From positions 1 to 57,475 of the forward strand of contig JANWIC010000001.1 of NCBI GenBank assembly GCA_025450075.1: a stretch of 57,475 nt of DNA. Direction: 5' to 3'. Both the position numbers and the translations under genes were made by a program. Positions 27,601 through 40,922 of the stretch are shown piece after piece; the first letter of the stretch is position 1; each line of letters starts with the position of its first letter. The DNA is from Patescibacteria group bacterium. GTDB taxonomy: Bacteria; Patescibacteriota; Dojkabacteria; JAKAPS01. Below the pieces are notes generated by a model. It saw nothing but the letters and a program-made list of their open reading frames with translations, did no database searches and was not told the DNA's origin.

Positions 27601-29970
27601 CTATGATGAAAGAGAGTTTAATGCACTTTGTGCAATATTGTTTCCGGGGTCTAGCTTAAGTATATTTTTGTATTCTTTTTTAGCCATATTATTTTGTTTA
27701 GTATATTGATAATACTGAGCAACGATAAGCCTGGCATTCAAATTAAACGGATTAAGGAAGGTTGCTCGGATTGCAAAATCATATGCGTTTTTTGCTTGTC
27801 CTTGCTTTTGTATTGTCTCTAAAGCATTTTGATAAAATGCATCAGACGAGGGAGATGATTCACCAAGATGGAATGGACCATTATTTTTAGGATGGCTTAA
27901 GTTGTTTGCAACCTGTTGGAATAGTGAATTGCTTTTATCAAGCTTTGCAGCCAGATCTGACAAACTTACTGCATTGGCATTATCTCCTTCTTCCCAATGG
28001 AGGTATGAATTCAATGAGATTAAGCGTGCAAAAAATTCATCATAAAACTTCTTCCAGTAATTCTTGAATTCATAACCGTTATTCGTGTAATTATTGAAAT
28101 ATTCAGCATAAGAAATTGACTCGGTATATGGATAAATTTCTAATGAATTAGGAATCTTTGTAACAATTTTTCCTACATAACCATTCGGAAGAGTGTAGAA
28201 ACTACCCCCATCAAGACCCATAAAATTTACGAATTCACTATCAACATCAGATTCATAAACGTCTTTGCCTTTATACAGGTTCCAGGAAATGATATCAGCT
28301 ATGTTATATGGGCCGGTTTTGTAATAGAACTCTTGTAACCCCGGTTTTTTATCCAGATAGCTTTGTCTTAAGGAATAGTCAGCAGGAACAATGGTAATAT
28401 CATTTCTGACTCCTAATACTTGTTGGGTATATAGGAAAGAAAAACAGGATGGGTCTGAGAAACAGACTAATATACTATTTTTCTTCATACTATTTAGGCT
28501 CACTTTTGCATATTGATCTATATATGTAAATGTATGGAGGTCTGCATCATTATAATTTGATCTAATTAAATAAGAGATACCAACCATCCCTATCATTAGA
28601 AGAAATAGTGTTGCAAATCTAATTGCATAGTTAGTGTATTCACCTTCTTTTGTACTATTTAAAGATGAAAGTATTGAAATAAGTAGCTTGAAAGTTACAT
28701 ATATTCCCACAGGTATGAAGAGAGCAAGGATAACATCAGCCATTATGTATTGCCGTTGAATAATAGCAATATCTCCAAAATGTTTTACGAAATCAGCAAT
28801 TGGAGATGGAAATTTTGCATACATAGCAAAAAGCAATCCTCCTACTAAATACAACGAACCAAGATAGGCGAGAAGACGCCTGTTTCGAAGGATAAGAAAA
28901 ATTGCTCCAAGGCTTGCAAAGAGTAATCCGACATAGGTGAAATCATTATATACTGAAGCTAGATAAGGTTGAATTGAATCAACACTTGCCTGAAAATTAA
29001 ATGAAGATCCATATGCGTTAGATGATGCAGAAGCATAGTTTTGACGAGTTATGTCTGACCACAGACCACTAAGATTATTATTTAGTCCCCATGATACTGA
29101 ATGGTCAAGATTGTTGTAAAAAAAGAGAAGAAAAAATGGAAGGAAAAAAGAGAGCAAAAATGCGATTATTAAATAACTAAGTGTCTTAAATGAAAGTAAT
29201 TGTCTAAAAATATGAGTTCTGACAATTATATAAAGGATATATAAAAAGATGACAGGGTAGATAATAACTATTGTTTGTAGATGAGAAAGCGCTAATCCTG
29301 CTATGATTGCAATCCAAATGAGCCACTTCCTTATCCTATCCGCGGTCTGAGTAGTAGTTTTCCTTTGCTCGTTAAATTCTTTTGTCTCAATATCGGGAAA
29401 TTTTTGCTTATATAAAATTCTTGTTAATCTAAGAGTTAGATAAATTAACAGAATGACGAAAAAATCATTCATTGCAAAAACCTCGACAGTGTTTGCATAG
29501 AACCAGAAAAGAAAAGAAAATGCTAAAAATAGTGCAGATATTGCTGAAATAATAATCTTTATATTTTCAAAGTTTGTCTCTTCTACATAATAAAAGAATG
29601 TTTTATATTTTTTCTTTTTAATCTTTTGTTCAATACCTCTCAGTTTTACATTCTTTAAAATTTCAAGAGATGTTGCATAAACTATAACAACCGTAAGAGA
29701 TTGAAAAAAAACACTGGTGAGATTCGCTTTGAATGCAATTGTCCCAATGGGAATAATATGGGTAAAAAGGAATATGATAAGGATATAAATTGGGTATCCT
29801 GGAGCATGGGCAACACTAAGTTGATAACCCATTAGAGTGAGTTCATCTGAATCTGCCATTGATACATGATATCGTGCACAAGTAAAGAGATAAACTCCAA
29901 ATACGAGACAAAATAGTAATGTTCCAACTTGTTGACTTTTTGATTTCGGAAACAGTTTAAGAATACTCAT
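27601..29970 (-). CDS. DUF2723 / TMEM260-like GT-C glycosyltransferase with C-terminal TPR (paralog of 11503..13701)
   Basis: ADSDEL......VAHAPGYPIY, EVFAMN, ILKLDPGN TPR end. Start may be 29970 (ATG) or 29994. Confidence 0.85.
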   Translation of the reverse strand: MSILKLFPKSKSQQVGTLLFCLVFGVYLFTCARYHVSMADSDELTLMGYQLSVAHAPGYPIYILIIFLFTHIIPIGTIAFKANLTSVFFQSLTVVIVYATSLEILKNVKLRGIEQKIKKKKYKTFFYYVEETNFENIKIIISAISALFLAFSFLFWFYANTVEVFAMNDFFVILLIYLTLRLTRILYKQKFPDIETKEFNEQRKTTTQTADRIRKWLIWIAIIAGLALSHLQTIVIIYPVIFLYILYIIVRTHIFRQLLSFKTLSYLIIAFLLSFFLPFFLLFFYNNLDHSVSWGLNNNLSGLWSDITRQNYASASSNAYGSSFNFQASVDSIQPYLASVYNDFTYVGLLFASLGAIFLILRNRRLLAYLGSLYLVGGLLFAMYAKFPSPIADFVKHFGDIAIIQRQYIMADVILALFIPVGIYVTFKLLISILSSLNSTKEGEYTNYAIRFATLFLLMIGMVGISYLIRSNYNDADLHTFTYIDQYAKVSLNSMKKNSILVCFSDPSCFSFLYTQQVLGVRNDITIVPADYSLRQSYLDKKPGLQEFYYKTGPYNIADIISWNLYKGKDVYESDVDSEFVNFMGLDGGSFYTLPNGYVGKIVTKIPNSLEIYPYTESISYAEYFNNYTNNGYEFKNYWKKFYDEFFARLISLNSYLHWEEGDNANAVSLSDLAAKLDKSNSLFQQVANNLSHPKNNGPFHLGESSPSSDAFYQNALETIQKQGQAKNAYDFAIRATFLNPFNLNARLIVAQYYQYTKQNNMAKKEYKNILKLDPGNNIAQSALNSLSS

Positions 29971-30050
29971 GAAATGTTTTGGATTTGACACCATTTAGCT
30001 TTGCATTTAGAATGATCATAAACAACATTGACCTTTATGTCAAACTGCCT

Positions 30051-30988
30051 ATGAAAACCCCTATAAAATGCAGTGTAGGAATTACAGCATATAACGAGGG
30101 AAAAAATATTTCCAGAATTTTAAACGCTTTACTGCGTCAAAAACTTCATGATGTCATTATAGATGAGATTCTTGTAATCTCATCCGGAAGTATTGACGAT
30201 ACAAACAATATCGTAAAAGAATCTGCAAAAAAAGATAAACGGATAAAACTTACTGTAGAAAGTAAACGTAAAGGTAAAGCCAGTGCTGTTAATATCTTTA
30301 TTGATAATGCTAAAAATGAAATTTTGGTTTTAGAAAGTGCTGATACAATCCCGGATAAAAATACTATTGAACGGATGGTCCGGCCTTTTAAAAATGACCA
30401 TATTGGAATAACTGGATCACATCCAATCCCAATAAATTCAAAAAAAACACTTGTCGGCTATGCTGTGCATTGTATGTGGGATTTGCATCATCAGATTTCA
30501 CTTAACCATCCAAAAATGGGTGAAATGATTGCATTTCGTAAATCATTCAAAAAAATACCGGTTCTTTCTGCAGTTGATGAAGTTAATATAGAAGCCCTCA
30601 TAAAAGGACAGGGGTACAAGTCAAAATATATAGCACATGCAATTGTAAGAAATAAAGGACCTGAAACATTAAAAGAATATATATCACAGCGAAGAAGAAT
30701 TGCTTTCGGTCATGTTGCAACAAAGATTGAACATGGTTATAAGGTATCTACATTTAGTGGGAAAAGAGCTTTGTATCTGATGATAAAAAACCTGGCAAAA
30801 GTGGCAGTTACAAAACCATTAACATTACCAAAAGAAATCCTTTTTTCTGCAGGGACTGCTTTTCTTGAAGTATATGTTAGAATCTTGGGAATTATAGATT
30901 ACCGGGTGTATAAGAAGAATTATGCTGTTTGGAAAATAGCTTCAAGTACAAAAGACCTTCGGATTAAGGTAAAGCCTGAGATACAAAC

Positions 30989-30992
<4 letters not shown>
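30051..30992 (+). CDS. GT2 glycosyltransferase
   Basis: VGITAYNE, SGSIDDT, GKASAVN, SADT, QRRR. ATG 30051 preferred. Confidence 0.88.
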
Positions 30993-33615
<2,623 letters not shown>

Positions 33616-33619
<4 letters not shown>

Positions 33620-35472
33620 ACATTTATTACTTTGATATTTGGTTCTTCTTCAGGTATGTTATTTATGACCTCCCCAAGTTCAGTAATAGGTGGTTCTTTG
33701 TGTACTTTAATCTGAACTTTTTCTTCCTCACGAGGAGTTGGAGGTGCAATTTTTTCTGTTGAGATCGGGGTAACAGGAGTATTGGTGCTTGCTTCAAGCG
33801 ATGGCGATGATGGATTCTGAGGTGCTACTACACCAACTGGGACACCAGATCTCTTAGTATTCAAATCAACTGGAGTTTGTATTCCTTCTTTATTAAGTTC
33901 CTTTTTCTCCTGCTTGTCAATTTCTTGTTTAGTTTCAGTTGCTGCAAGAGATTGTAAGAAGTCAGGAGTGAATATTTTATCTAATTCATCGTTTACATCA
34001 TCAAATCCCACATCAGGAGAACCAATTTTATCTCTCAATTCTTTATATGCATCAGTACGTAATAACTTGAGAAGTTCTTTTTTAATCTTTTTCAAGTCGT
34101 TTAATTCTATATCATCAGTTTTTCCTTGTGTTACGATGAAAAGGAAAACAATTTCCTCTTCAAGAGAGTAGGATACTGCGCTTAGTTGGTTACAGATCTC
34201 AAGCATTCGTTTTCCTCTTTTAATTTCTCTTTCAGTTTCTTCTGTAATTTCTGTATTAATATTCTCATAAGATTTCACTTCGTTATATCTTTGCAGTTGT
34301 GATGCTGCAACCTCACTTAACTTTCTAAGAAGTTTAGTTTGGACACTTCCTCCAATACGAGATACTGAGGTTCCTGAATCAACAGCAGGAAAGATGCCAG
34401 CATGCATAAGATGTGAATCAACATAAATATGTCCGTCAGTAATGCTCATGAGGTTTGTCGTGATGTATTCTGATACATCACCTGATTGAGTTTCTGCAAG
34501 TGGAAATGCTGTTAAAGATCCTCCTCCAAATTCTTTTGAAAGACGTGCGCTTCTCTCTAGAAGTCTTGAATGCAAAAAGAAAATGTCTCCTGGATACGCA
34601 TCTCGACCAGGGGAACGTTTTAACAATAGCGACATTTGACGGTATGATTTTGCTTGTTTTGAAAGATCATCATAAATTATGAGGGCATTTTTTCCCTGCT
34701 TCATAAAATATTCACCTATGGAGCAACCTGCATATGGCGCTATGTAGTTAAGAGAGGGTGGATCATCAGCTGTTGCAAGAACAACTGTGGTATATTCCAT
34801 AGCTCCTGATGCTTCCAAACTTTCAATGATACCTTTCACTTTTGCTTTTTTCCCACCGATACTGACATATATACAAGCAATATCTTTTCCTTTTTGGTTA
34901 TTAATAATGTTTGTCATGAGAGTCGTTTTCCCCGTTTTCCTATCTCCTATGACAAGTTCTCGCTGTCCTCTTCCGACAGGAATGATTGAATCAATGACAA
35001 GTACTCCAGTCCTGATTTGTTCTTTAATTTGTTCACGAGCATTCACCGGTGGAGCAGGTACTTCAATTGGAGCAGATTTGTGAGGCCCCAGTTCTCCCTT
35101 ACCGTCAAGAGGTTTGCCGATTGGATTAATGACTCGTCCTAATACGCCTTCTCCAACAGGTACTGTTACGCGTTTCCTTGATGATTTTACAATGTCTCCT
35201 TTTGAGATTTTCGTAAAATCACCTAATACGACCGATTCTACAAGATCTTGGTTAATACCAAGGATAAGGGCATTAACTTCTTCACCTTTTGCTTCAATTT
35301 TTATCATGTCGTCAATCCTTGCATTTGACAGCCCTTTTATTTTGCAAATTCCATCTCCGATATATACGACTTCACCAATCTCAATGACATGAGGAACAAT
35401 TTTTGTATCTTGAGGGATAGAAGCCTCTAAATAGCTGGTAACTTTATTTTCCGATTCCTTTTTTGGTTTCAT
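33616..35472 (-). CDS. atpA: F1 alpha subunit with ~100-aa low-complexity C-terminal extension
   Basis: GRGQRELVIGDRKTGKT, YDDLSKQA..YRQMSLLL.R.PGRDAYPGDIFFLHSRLLER, SVSRIGG. Confidence 0.97.
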
Positions 35473-35480
35473 GGCAGTAC

Positions 35481-36008
35481 TTAATTTGTCTTGCTCATTG
35501 CTTTTTTCGTCCTCTTTAATGACTTAATCCATTCATTTTCGTAGGATTTCAGATGGTTTCTTAATGAAGCATCAAAGATATACTTGTCTTCTTTAATCAC
35601 AATACCACCGATAAGCCCTGGATCAATTTTGATATTTAGAATGACTTTTTTATTTAGTTTCTTTTCAATTTTATCTGCAAGTTCTTTAATATCTGGTTCT
35701 GTTAAGGGAATTGCAATTGATACATTTACCATCTTGTATGTATTTGTCATATCCTGTATTTTATTCACCAGTACTTTTAATTCTTTTGAACTAAATGCCC
35801 CTAAGTTATCATTTGCTTGGATAAGCAGTATTTCTTTCAACATGGGATTCGTTGCTTCGCTTGCAATAACTTCAAGTACTTTGTCTTTTGTCACTTTTCT
35901 AATCCCTTCAAGTTTACCAAGTATATGTTCAAGATTTAAAAGCACCTGCTCAAGTGTTGATTTCTTATATATTGCCGATGAAATTGTTTTATATAGGCTT
36001 TGTTCCAT
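35481..36008 (-). CDS. atpH: F1 delta (OSCP) subunit
   Basis: V..A.PL......L...L.KKV.L...IDP.LIGGIVI......DASL; directly upstream of atpA. Confidence 0.85.
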   Translation of the reverse strand: MEQSLYKTISSAIYKKSTLEQVLLNLEHILGKLEGIRKVTKDKVLEVIASEATNPMLKEILLIQANDNLGAFSSKELKVLVNKIQDMTNTYKMVNVSIAIPLTEPDIKELADKIEKKLNKKVILNIKIDPGLIGGIVIKEDKYIFDASLRNHLKSYENEWIKSLKRTKKAMSKTN

Positions 36009-36010
36009 AT

Positions 36011-36520
36011 TTATTCTTCAAATCTCATCTCATCCAGAGATTTTTCAATTATCTCTTTGTGATCGTTATATGATAAGGTCTTTTCAAATATTTTTTGTGT
36101 TACATTCATGACAAGAGATACCATATTTTTTTCAACTTCTTCTCTTTGTTCTTTTTCAAATTCTTTAATGCGCTCAGAAGCCTCTGATCTCATGGTATCT
36201 TCTAAAGTTTGCAGTTCCTGCATTTTCTTATTCATATCCTCCTGCATCTTGTTTAGCTTGATATCACATTCATTATTGATTTTTTGACTTTCTTCCTCAG
36301 CTTTTTTTGCTTGTGTTAGTGCCTCATCCATTTTTTGTTTTGCCTCATTTGCCATTTGTTCACTTTCCTTTGCTCTTTCGTCATATGTTTTTTTTATAAT
36401 TTCGATTTGTTCTTTTATTTTTCCCTCATCTTCTTTTTCTTTGCGGAAAGCTATAAAGAAAAAAAGCATCAGGCCAAGTATGAGGACATTTAATGGTATA
36501 AGGGCGTAACTTAATATCAT
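36011..36520 (-). CDS. atpF: Fo subunit b-like stator protein
   Basis: Single N-terminal TM helix, long E/K coiled coil, C-terminal KI....L...DH..II...L; upstream of atpH. Confidence 0.75.
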   Translation of the reverse strand: MILSYALIPLNVLILGLMLFFFIAFRKEKEDEGKIKEQIEIIKKTYDERAKESEQMANEAKQKMDEALTQAKKAEEESQKINNECDIKLNKMQEDMNKKMQELQTLEDTMRSEASERIKEFEKEQREEVEKNMVSLVMNVTQKIFEKTLSYNDHKEIIEKSLDEMRFEE

Positions 36521-36535
36521 AGTAGGACGAATAAA

Positions 36536-38641
36536 TTATTTAATGAGTACAGCGGATGCAATAGATAATATAGCAATTCCTAAACATAATACCAAGCTTA
36601 TTGAAAGCGCAACTTGAATTTTTGTTCTTGCAAACGGATTTCTTCCAATTGCTTCAAGCCCTCGAGCTGACATGAATCCAATACTTACAGATGAACCTAG
36701 AAGACCGAGCCCGGCAGCAATTCCTGCAGCAAGAACTTTAGCACTGTTTGATGAATTTTGTGTTGCATTCACGATTACCTGTTTTAAACCGCTTCCTAAA
36801 TTTTGTAATGGATTTGGAGTTTCTTTTCCATTGACATCAAATTCATTACTTGTTCCTGATAATCCAAGTCCATGGATTGTTATGATATCTTTTTGCATCG
36901 GTTTACTAATTGTTACATTTCCTGTCCAAACACCGTTTGTAAATGTATCTCCTGTGGATGGGGAGATTGTTGTTGTTCCGTCAGCTAAAGAAATTGGTCC
37001 CGCGAATGTTCCTAAAATATTATTGTTATTATCCTCCGCAGTAACTACCACTACAAATGGGACTCCCAATAGCTGTGGACTTGGAATTGTCCTGATAAGT
37101 AAATGGCCACCACCGATATTGGTATTTAATATTTTTTGATTAAGAGGAACTGCCTGGATGATTACTTGTGCTTGTGCTTGGACACTTCCTGATTGGTCTG
37201 TTGCTACAGCAGTTATCGATGCATTTCCTGGAGTTGTTCCTGCATTAATGCTTGTTGAAGAGCCATAGCTTTGTGCAAGAGTACCTGCGCCTGCCGATAG
37301 TTGCCAACTTATTTGTGTATCAGTAATTGGGGTATTTGAAGCATCATATGCTTGTGCATTTACTATGACACTTCCACCAGCTGCAACTACAGCTGGATTA
37401 GGGTTAATACTTACGTGATCGATCTTAAGGTTAGATAAGGGTTGATATGGTCCAGTTGGAGTAGGAGAAGCCGTTGAAAGTGGTTGATATGGTCCACCTG
37501 TAGTGAGAGGAGATGGAATAGGGGTAGGGGTTGGTGTTGAACCTCCACCGCTACTACTTCCGCCAGAGCTTCCGCTGCTTCCTGATCCCGGATTATTGTT
37601 ATCACTAATATTTTCGTTAATAACGGTGATGGATGCTACTGCTCCAACGCTTCCCACACTTACCTTTACTGTATTATTGTACACACCAGGAGTAGTCCCT
37701 GAAACAAAATTACCATTTGAATCAATAGTTCCTCCTCCATTTACAACACTCCAAGTTGGGGAAGAAAGACTTATCGGGTTACCGTATTGATCTGTTCCTG
37801 TTACGGAAAATGGCTGTGTTCCGCCTTTTGGAAGAATACTAGTTAAAGGTGAAATCTTAAGTGTAGATAAAGGTCCGCTGGTCGCATTTTCATAAAAATT
37901 TACTCCTGAGGAAATATTAGAACCACCCCCGATTGATCCGTTAATTGTATAGGTACCGATTTTGCTCCCCAGTGTCACGGAAGTCGAAGCTGTACCAGAA
38001 AAATTTGTCGTTACACTATAGTTGGAAAGTCTTTGTCCGCTTGCTCCGGGAGGATATCCCGGAATTGAAAAATTGACACCAATATTGGGAATCGGGTTAC
38101 CGTATTGATCAATTGCTTTTACTGTTAAACCTTGTGAAAGAGTCGTTATGACTTGTCCAGTTTGAGCTGATCCTCCGATTAATGATAGAAAATCCTGGTT
38201 ACCGGGATTAACAACAAAAGACGGAGATATTCCGTTAGTAAATGGCGAGTTATATGCAGTAATCGTATCAGGATAAGCAGTTCGGGTAATAGTAACTGTT
38301 CCATTCCATACACCATTTGAAAAATTATTAGTACGTGATGGAGACATTGTATTTGTCGCATCAGAAAGATTAATCACCCCATTAAAGGAAGTATCAACCT
38401 GAGATGAACTATTACATTTGTATAATGTAACGGAAAAAGGAGTTCCAGCATTGATTGGGTTATTTACAAACGATGTGTCAAATACGACAGTATTTGTTAA
38501 TCCTTGGCATTGTGTGCTTTGTGCATACACAATACCTGCAACAAGCAGGAAAATAGAAGCGAAAGGAGCAAGTATAGCACTGAAAATACTTAACACCATC
38601 GCCTTTCGGAAATATTTCATTTTAATAGGCAGTTGTGTCAT
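36536..38641 (-). CDS. Secreted multi-Ig-like protein fused to a C-terminal ATP synthase subunit c-like hairpin
   Basis: Signal peptide; Ig-like repeats (DQYGNPI twice, F.NGVW.G.VTI twice); GS/PT linker; last 69 aa AAGIAAGLGLLGSSVSIG...EAIGRNP...; occupies the atpE position. Confidence 0.88.
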   Translation of the reverse strand: MTQLPIKMKYFRKAMVLSIFSAILAPFASIFLLVAGIVYAQSTQCQGLTNTVVFDTSFVNNPINAGTPFSVTLYKCNSSSQVDTSFNGVINLSDATNTMSPSRTNNFSNGVWNGTVTITRTAYPDTITAYNSPFTNGISPSFVVNPGNQDFLSLIGGSAQTGQVITTLSQGLTVKAIDQYGNPIPNIGVNFSIPGYPPGASGQRLSNYSVTTNFSGTASTSVTLGSKIGTYTINGSIGGGSNISSGVNFYENATSGPLSTLKISPLTSILPKGGTQPFSVTGTDQYGNPISLSSPTWSVVNGGGTIDSNGNFVSGTTPGVYNNTVKVSVGSVGAVASITVINENISDNNNPGSGSSGSSGGSSSGGGSTPTPTPIPSPLTTGGPYQPLSTASPTPTGPYQPLSNLKIDHVSINPNPAVVAAGGSVIVNAQAYDASNTPITDTQISWQLSAGAGTLAQSYGSSTSINAGTTPGNASITAVATDQSGSVQAQAQVIIQAVPLNQKILNTNIGGGHLLIRTIPSPQLLGVPFVVVVTAEDNNNNILGTFAGPISLADGTTTISPSTGDTFTNGVWTGNVTISKPMQKDIITIHGLGLSGTSNEFDVNGKETPNPLQNLGSGLKQVIVNATQNSSNSAKVLAAGIAAGLGLLGSSVSIGFMSARGLEAIGRNPFARTKIQVALSISLVLCLGIAILSIASAVLIK
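37773..38110. repeat. 20-bp exact direct repeat encoding DQYGNPI in two Ig units
   Basis: ATCGGGTTACCGTATTGATC at 37773-37792 and 38091-38110. Confidence 0.85.
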
Positions 38642-38676
38642 TCAAAAATATTGTAAATTCAACAATATTATCATAT

Positions 38677-38706
38677 AAGATACCATTTTATCCAAAGCAA
38701 AGTCAA
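38677..38706 (-). promoter_or_regulatory. Candidate promoter of the ATPase operon
   Basis: TTGACT-N18-TATCTT with TGn on the minus strand; alternative TACAAT 8 nt before ATG 38641. Confidence 0.4.
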
Positions 38707-38791
38707 GCAAATTCTTCCCTTAGATAGTGAATAATATTTGACACAAAAAGCTATAGTAGTATATTATATCAATACTTTATTGGTTAATATA

Positions 38792-39259
38792 ATGAGTGAA
38801 TACGATGATGGTGTTAGAGTGAATGTACATCCAACCACCCTTACAGTTATTAAAAGATTTAATAATGATGGTTTACCACTAATGGCGGAAAATATCACAT
38901 CTTTATGGACTTTAGTTCCAATTTATCCAATATTACTAGAGGATGGGACATACCAATTTCCTTTAAGGGAAGCATTAATCTATCAGGTTCTCACGTTACA
39001 TGGTATACCATTATCAAATAAGATTGATTTACGGATTGTAAATGCTATTAAAGCTTGGGAAGCTGCTAGAGAAATGCATTTTGATATTCCTTTTATCGGA
39101 ATTTATGGAAGTGGGAGAAAGCAATTATGTTTGGATTTCTTTGCAGTAGGAAATTGGAATGCAACTTATGATGAAGAATTTGGTTTGCTAGAAGTTAGGG
39201 GTGTGAGTAATCCTCCTTCTTTAATACTGTATAAAGCAAAAGATGAGAATGAAGATTAA
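38792..39259 (+). CDS. Hypothetical protein
   Basis: The track's TTG at 38738 coincides with a TTGACA -35 box; ATG 38792 (MSEYDD) is preferred. Confidence 0.6.
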   Translation: MSEYDDGVRVNVHPTTLTVIKRFNNDGLPLMAENITSLWTLVPIYPILLEDGTYQFPLREALIYQVLTLHGIPLSNKIDLRIVNAIKAWEAAREMHFDIPFIGIYGSGRKQLCLDFFAVGNWNATYDEEFGLLEVRGVSNPPSLILYKAKDENED

Positions 39260-39281
39260 TATTTGCATGGTGAGTTTCGTA

Positions 39282-40349
39282 CTAGTCAATACTCAATGAC
39301 TTCACTACTGAAGTAAATGCATTTTCAATAACTTGTGTATGTAATTTTGTATTGGATGGATCAGTTGTAAGACACATTCGTGTTTGCATATTGTTAATCT
39401 GTGTATCCTTTGGAGCAAATGGCCATTTGTCCAATGGGTACAGTATGAGATATTTCAGATCTTGAGATTTAGGATTTAGGAAGCAAACCGTATTATCTGT
39501 ATAGGTAACCTGGACATATGGTGTGTCATTAAGTGTTATGAGAACTGCTTTTTTAATCGGATAAGATAACATATTCCCGCATTTATTCATGTCAATTGTA
39601 ATAACATTCCCTCCATTTTTAAGATTTATAAGGCTTTCCGGATTATTATTGCAATTTGTTGTATTTTGCAAAAGCAAATCAGATATGAAATCAGATGGGT
39701 AGGTTAGTGTATATAACTGTGTTTGGATGATCTTTGGAGTTACCGGATAGTCCGGTGTTTTTGAAGAGAATACAATGGAATTTAATATATTTCTGAAGTA
39801 GAAATAGTGGACATTATTTCCGCTAAATTCAAATACTCCATCCTCATTTCCAAGGTCAACTGTTGCATTTTCATTTGTGACCGTGCCGGTGAGTATGTCC
39901 GAATAATTTGTGTTAAATCCGCCTACCTGAATTGTCATTATCTTTACTTTCTTATACATACTTGCAGGATAGATAATTATTAAGTATCCGCTTGTATTTT
40001 GGAATTTACTCACCCCATCTTTATCATAAATCTGCATAAAATCAGGAGGTAAGGACATTTGAAAACTATGGTAATGCAAATCAATAGTGAATTGGTTCCA
40101 TGAACTTTCATCTGGTGGTAATGGTGTTATTTCCGCGCTTGCTTTGTAAGTTAATGGTGTATCAGTAGGGGTAATAGCAGGGCCAGTATAGTCACGGCGG
40201 GAATCATTTAATCCAAGGATATAGCCACCTAAAAATATGAGAGAAACAATTAAAAGAAGTGATGCAAGGAGGAACAGTACATTATAATAGCTGACTTTAT
40301 TGATAAGTGCGAACAAGAAAGGTTTCTTTGCAGCTGACTTCTTTTTCAA
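39282..40349 (-). CDS. Membrane-anchored hypothetical surface protein (two PsbP-like units possible)
   Basis: Basic N-terminus plus TM helix; FQMSLP and YTLTYP; ends VVKSLSID. Confidence 0.6.
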   Translation of the reverse strand: MKKKSAAKKPFLFALINKVSYYNVLFLLASLLLIVSLIFLGGYILGLNDSRRDYTGPAITPTDTPLTYKASAEITPLPPDESSWNQFTIDLHYHSFQMSLPPDFMQIYDKDGVSKFQNTSGYLIIIYPASMYKKVKIMTIQVGGFNTNYSDILTGTVTNENATVDLGNEDGVFEFSGNNVHYFYFRNILNSIVFSSKTPDYPVTPKIIQTQLYTLTYPSDFISDLLLQNTTNCNNNPESLINLKNGGNVITIDMNKCGNMLSYPIKKAVLITLNDTPYVQVTYTDNTVCFLNPKSQDLKYLILYPLDKWPFAPKDTQINNMQTRMCLTTDPSNTKLHTQVIENAFTSVVKSLSID

Positions 40350-40397
40350 ATGCTGATGACTAATTACCTATGTTATAGTAAATTAAAGAAAGAGCTG

Positions 40398-40922
40398 TCA
40401 ACTAATACTGTATATTGCGGTACGTTGCCCTTTAAAATTTAACTTCTCCCGTTGTGTCATTATTCCTTTTTTATTGGCATATTCTTCAATATATTCTAGC
40501 CAATCTGTTACTGAATATGGGTCAATCCCTTCATTAATTATACAGCAGGGAAGAAGAATAAATTCTTTATGATATTCTGCAGCTGCATCTACGATGCGAA
40601 GGTTTGAACCATGACTATGAAGGCCAATGAGTAAATCAAAATCTTTTCCCATTTCTTTTTCAAAAGGACTGGTAATATGTGGGACTGTAGCATCTCCATC
40701 AATTTTAATCTTCTTTTTATCAAGATTGGTATATTTTGTTGGAAGAGGTTGATAGACAGGATCAATTACTGTCGAATCCCATCCACTTTGGTTAAGCAAA
40801 TAGGATAACAAACCTTTTCCGCCTCCAATGTCGGCAACTTTCCCGGGAATATAATGAGAAATGATAAACTCATATACCAGTTGTGATCTAAATTTTTTCA
40901 TTCGTTTCAATGTTGTTGTCAT
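40398..40922 (-). CDS. SAM-dependent methyltransferase-like protein
   Basis: VADIGGGKG.LS, IGLH, LPCC. Confidence 0.7.
   Translation of the reverse strand: MTTTLKRMKKFRSQLVYEFIISHYIPGKVADIGGGKGLLSYLLNQSGWDSTVIDPVYQPLPTKYTNLDKKKIKIDGDATVPHITSPFEKEMGKDFDLLIGLHSHGSNLRIVDAAAEYHKEFILLPCCIINEGIDPYSVTDWLEYIEEYANKKGIMTQREKLNFKGQRTAIYSIS

Noticed and set aside
35584-37790. Plus-strand ORFs 35584..36111, 36672..37139 and 37503..37790 as a hidden atpB or other genes
   Set aside because: They are antisense shadows of atpH/atpF and the Ig-c gene, with no subunit a signature (RL..N helix).
38738-40349. Neighbours of the operon as a diverged subunit a
   Set aside because: 38792..39259 is soluble and on the opposite strand; 39282..40349 has only one TM helix and is separated from the operon.
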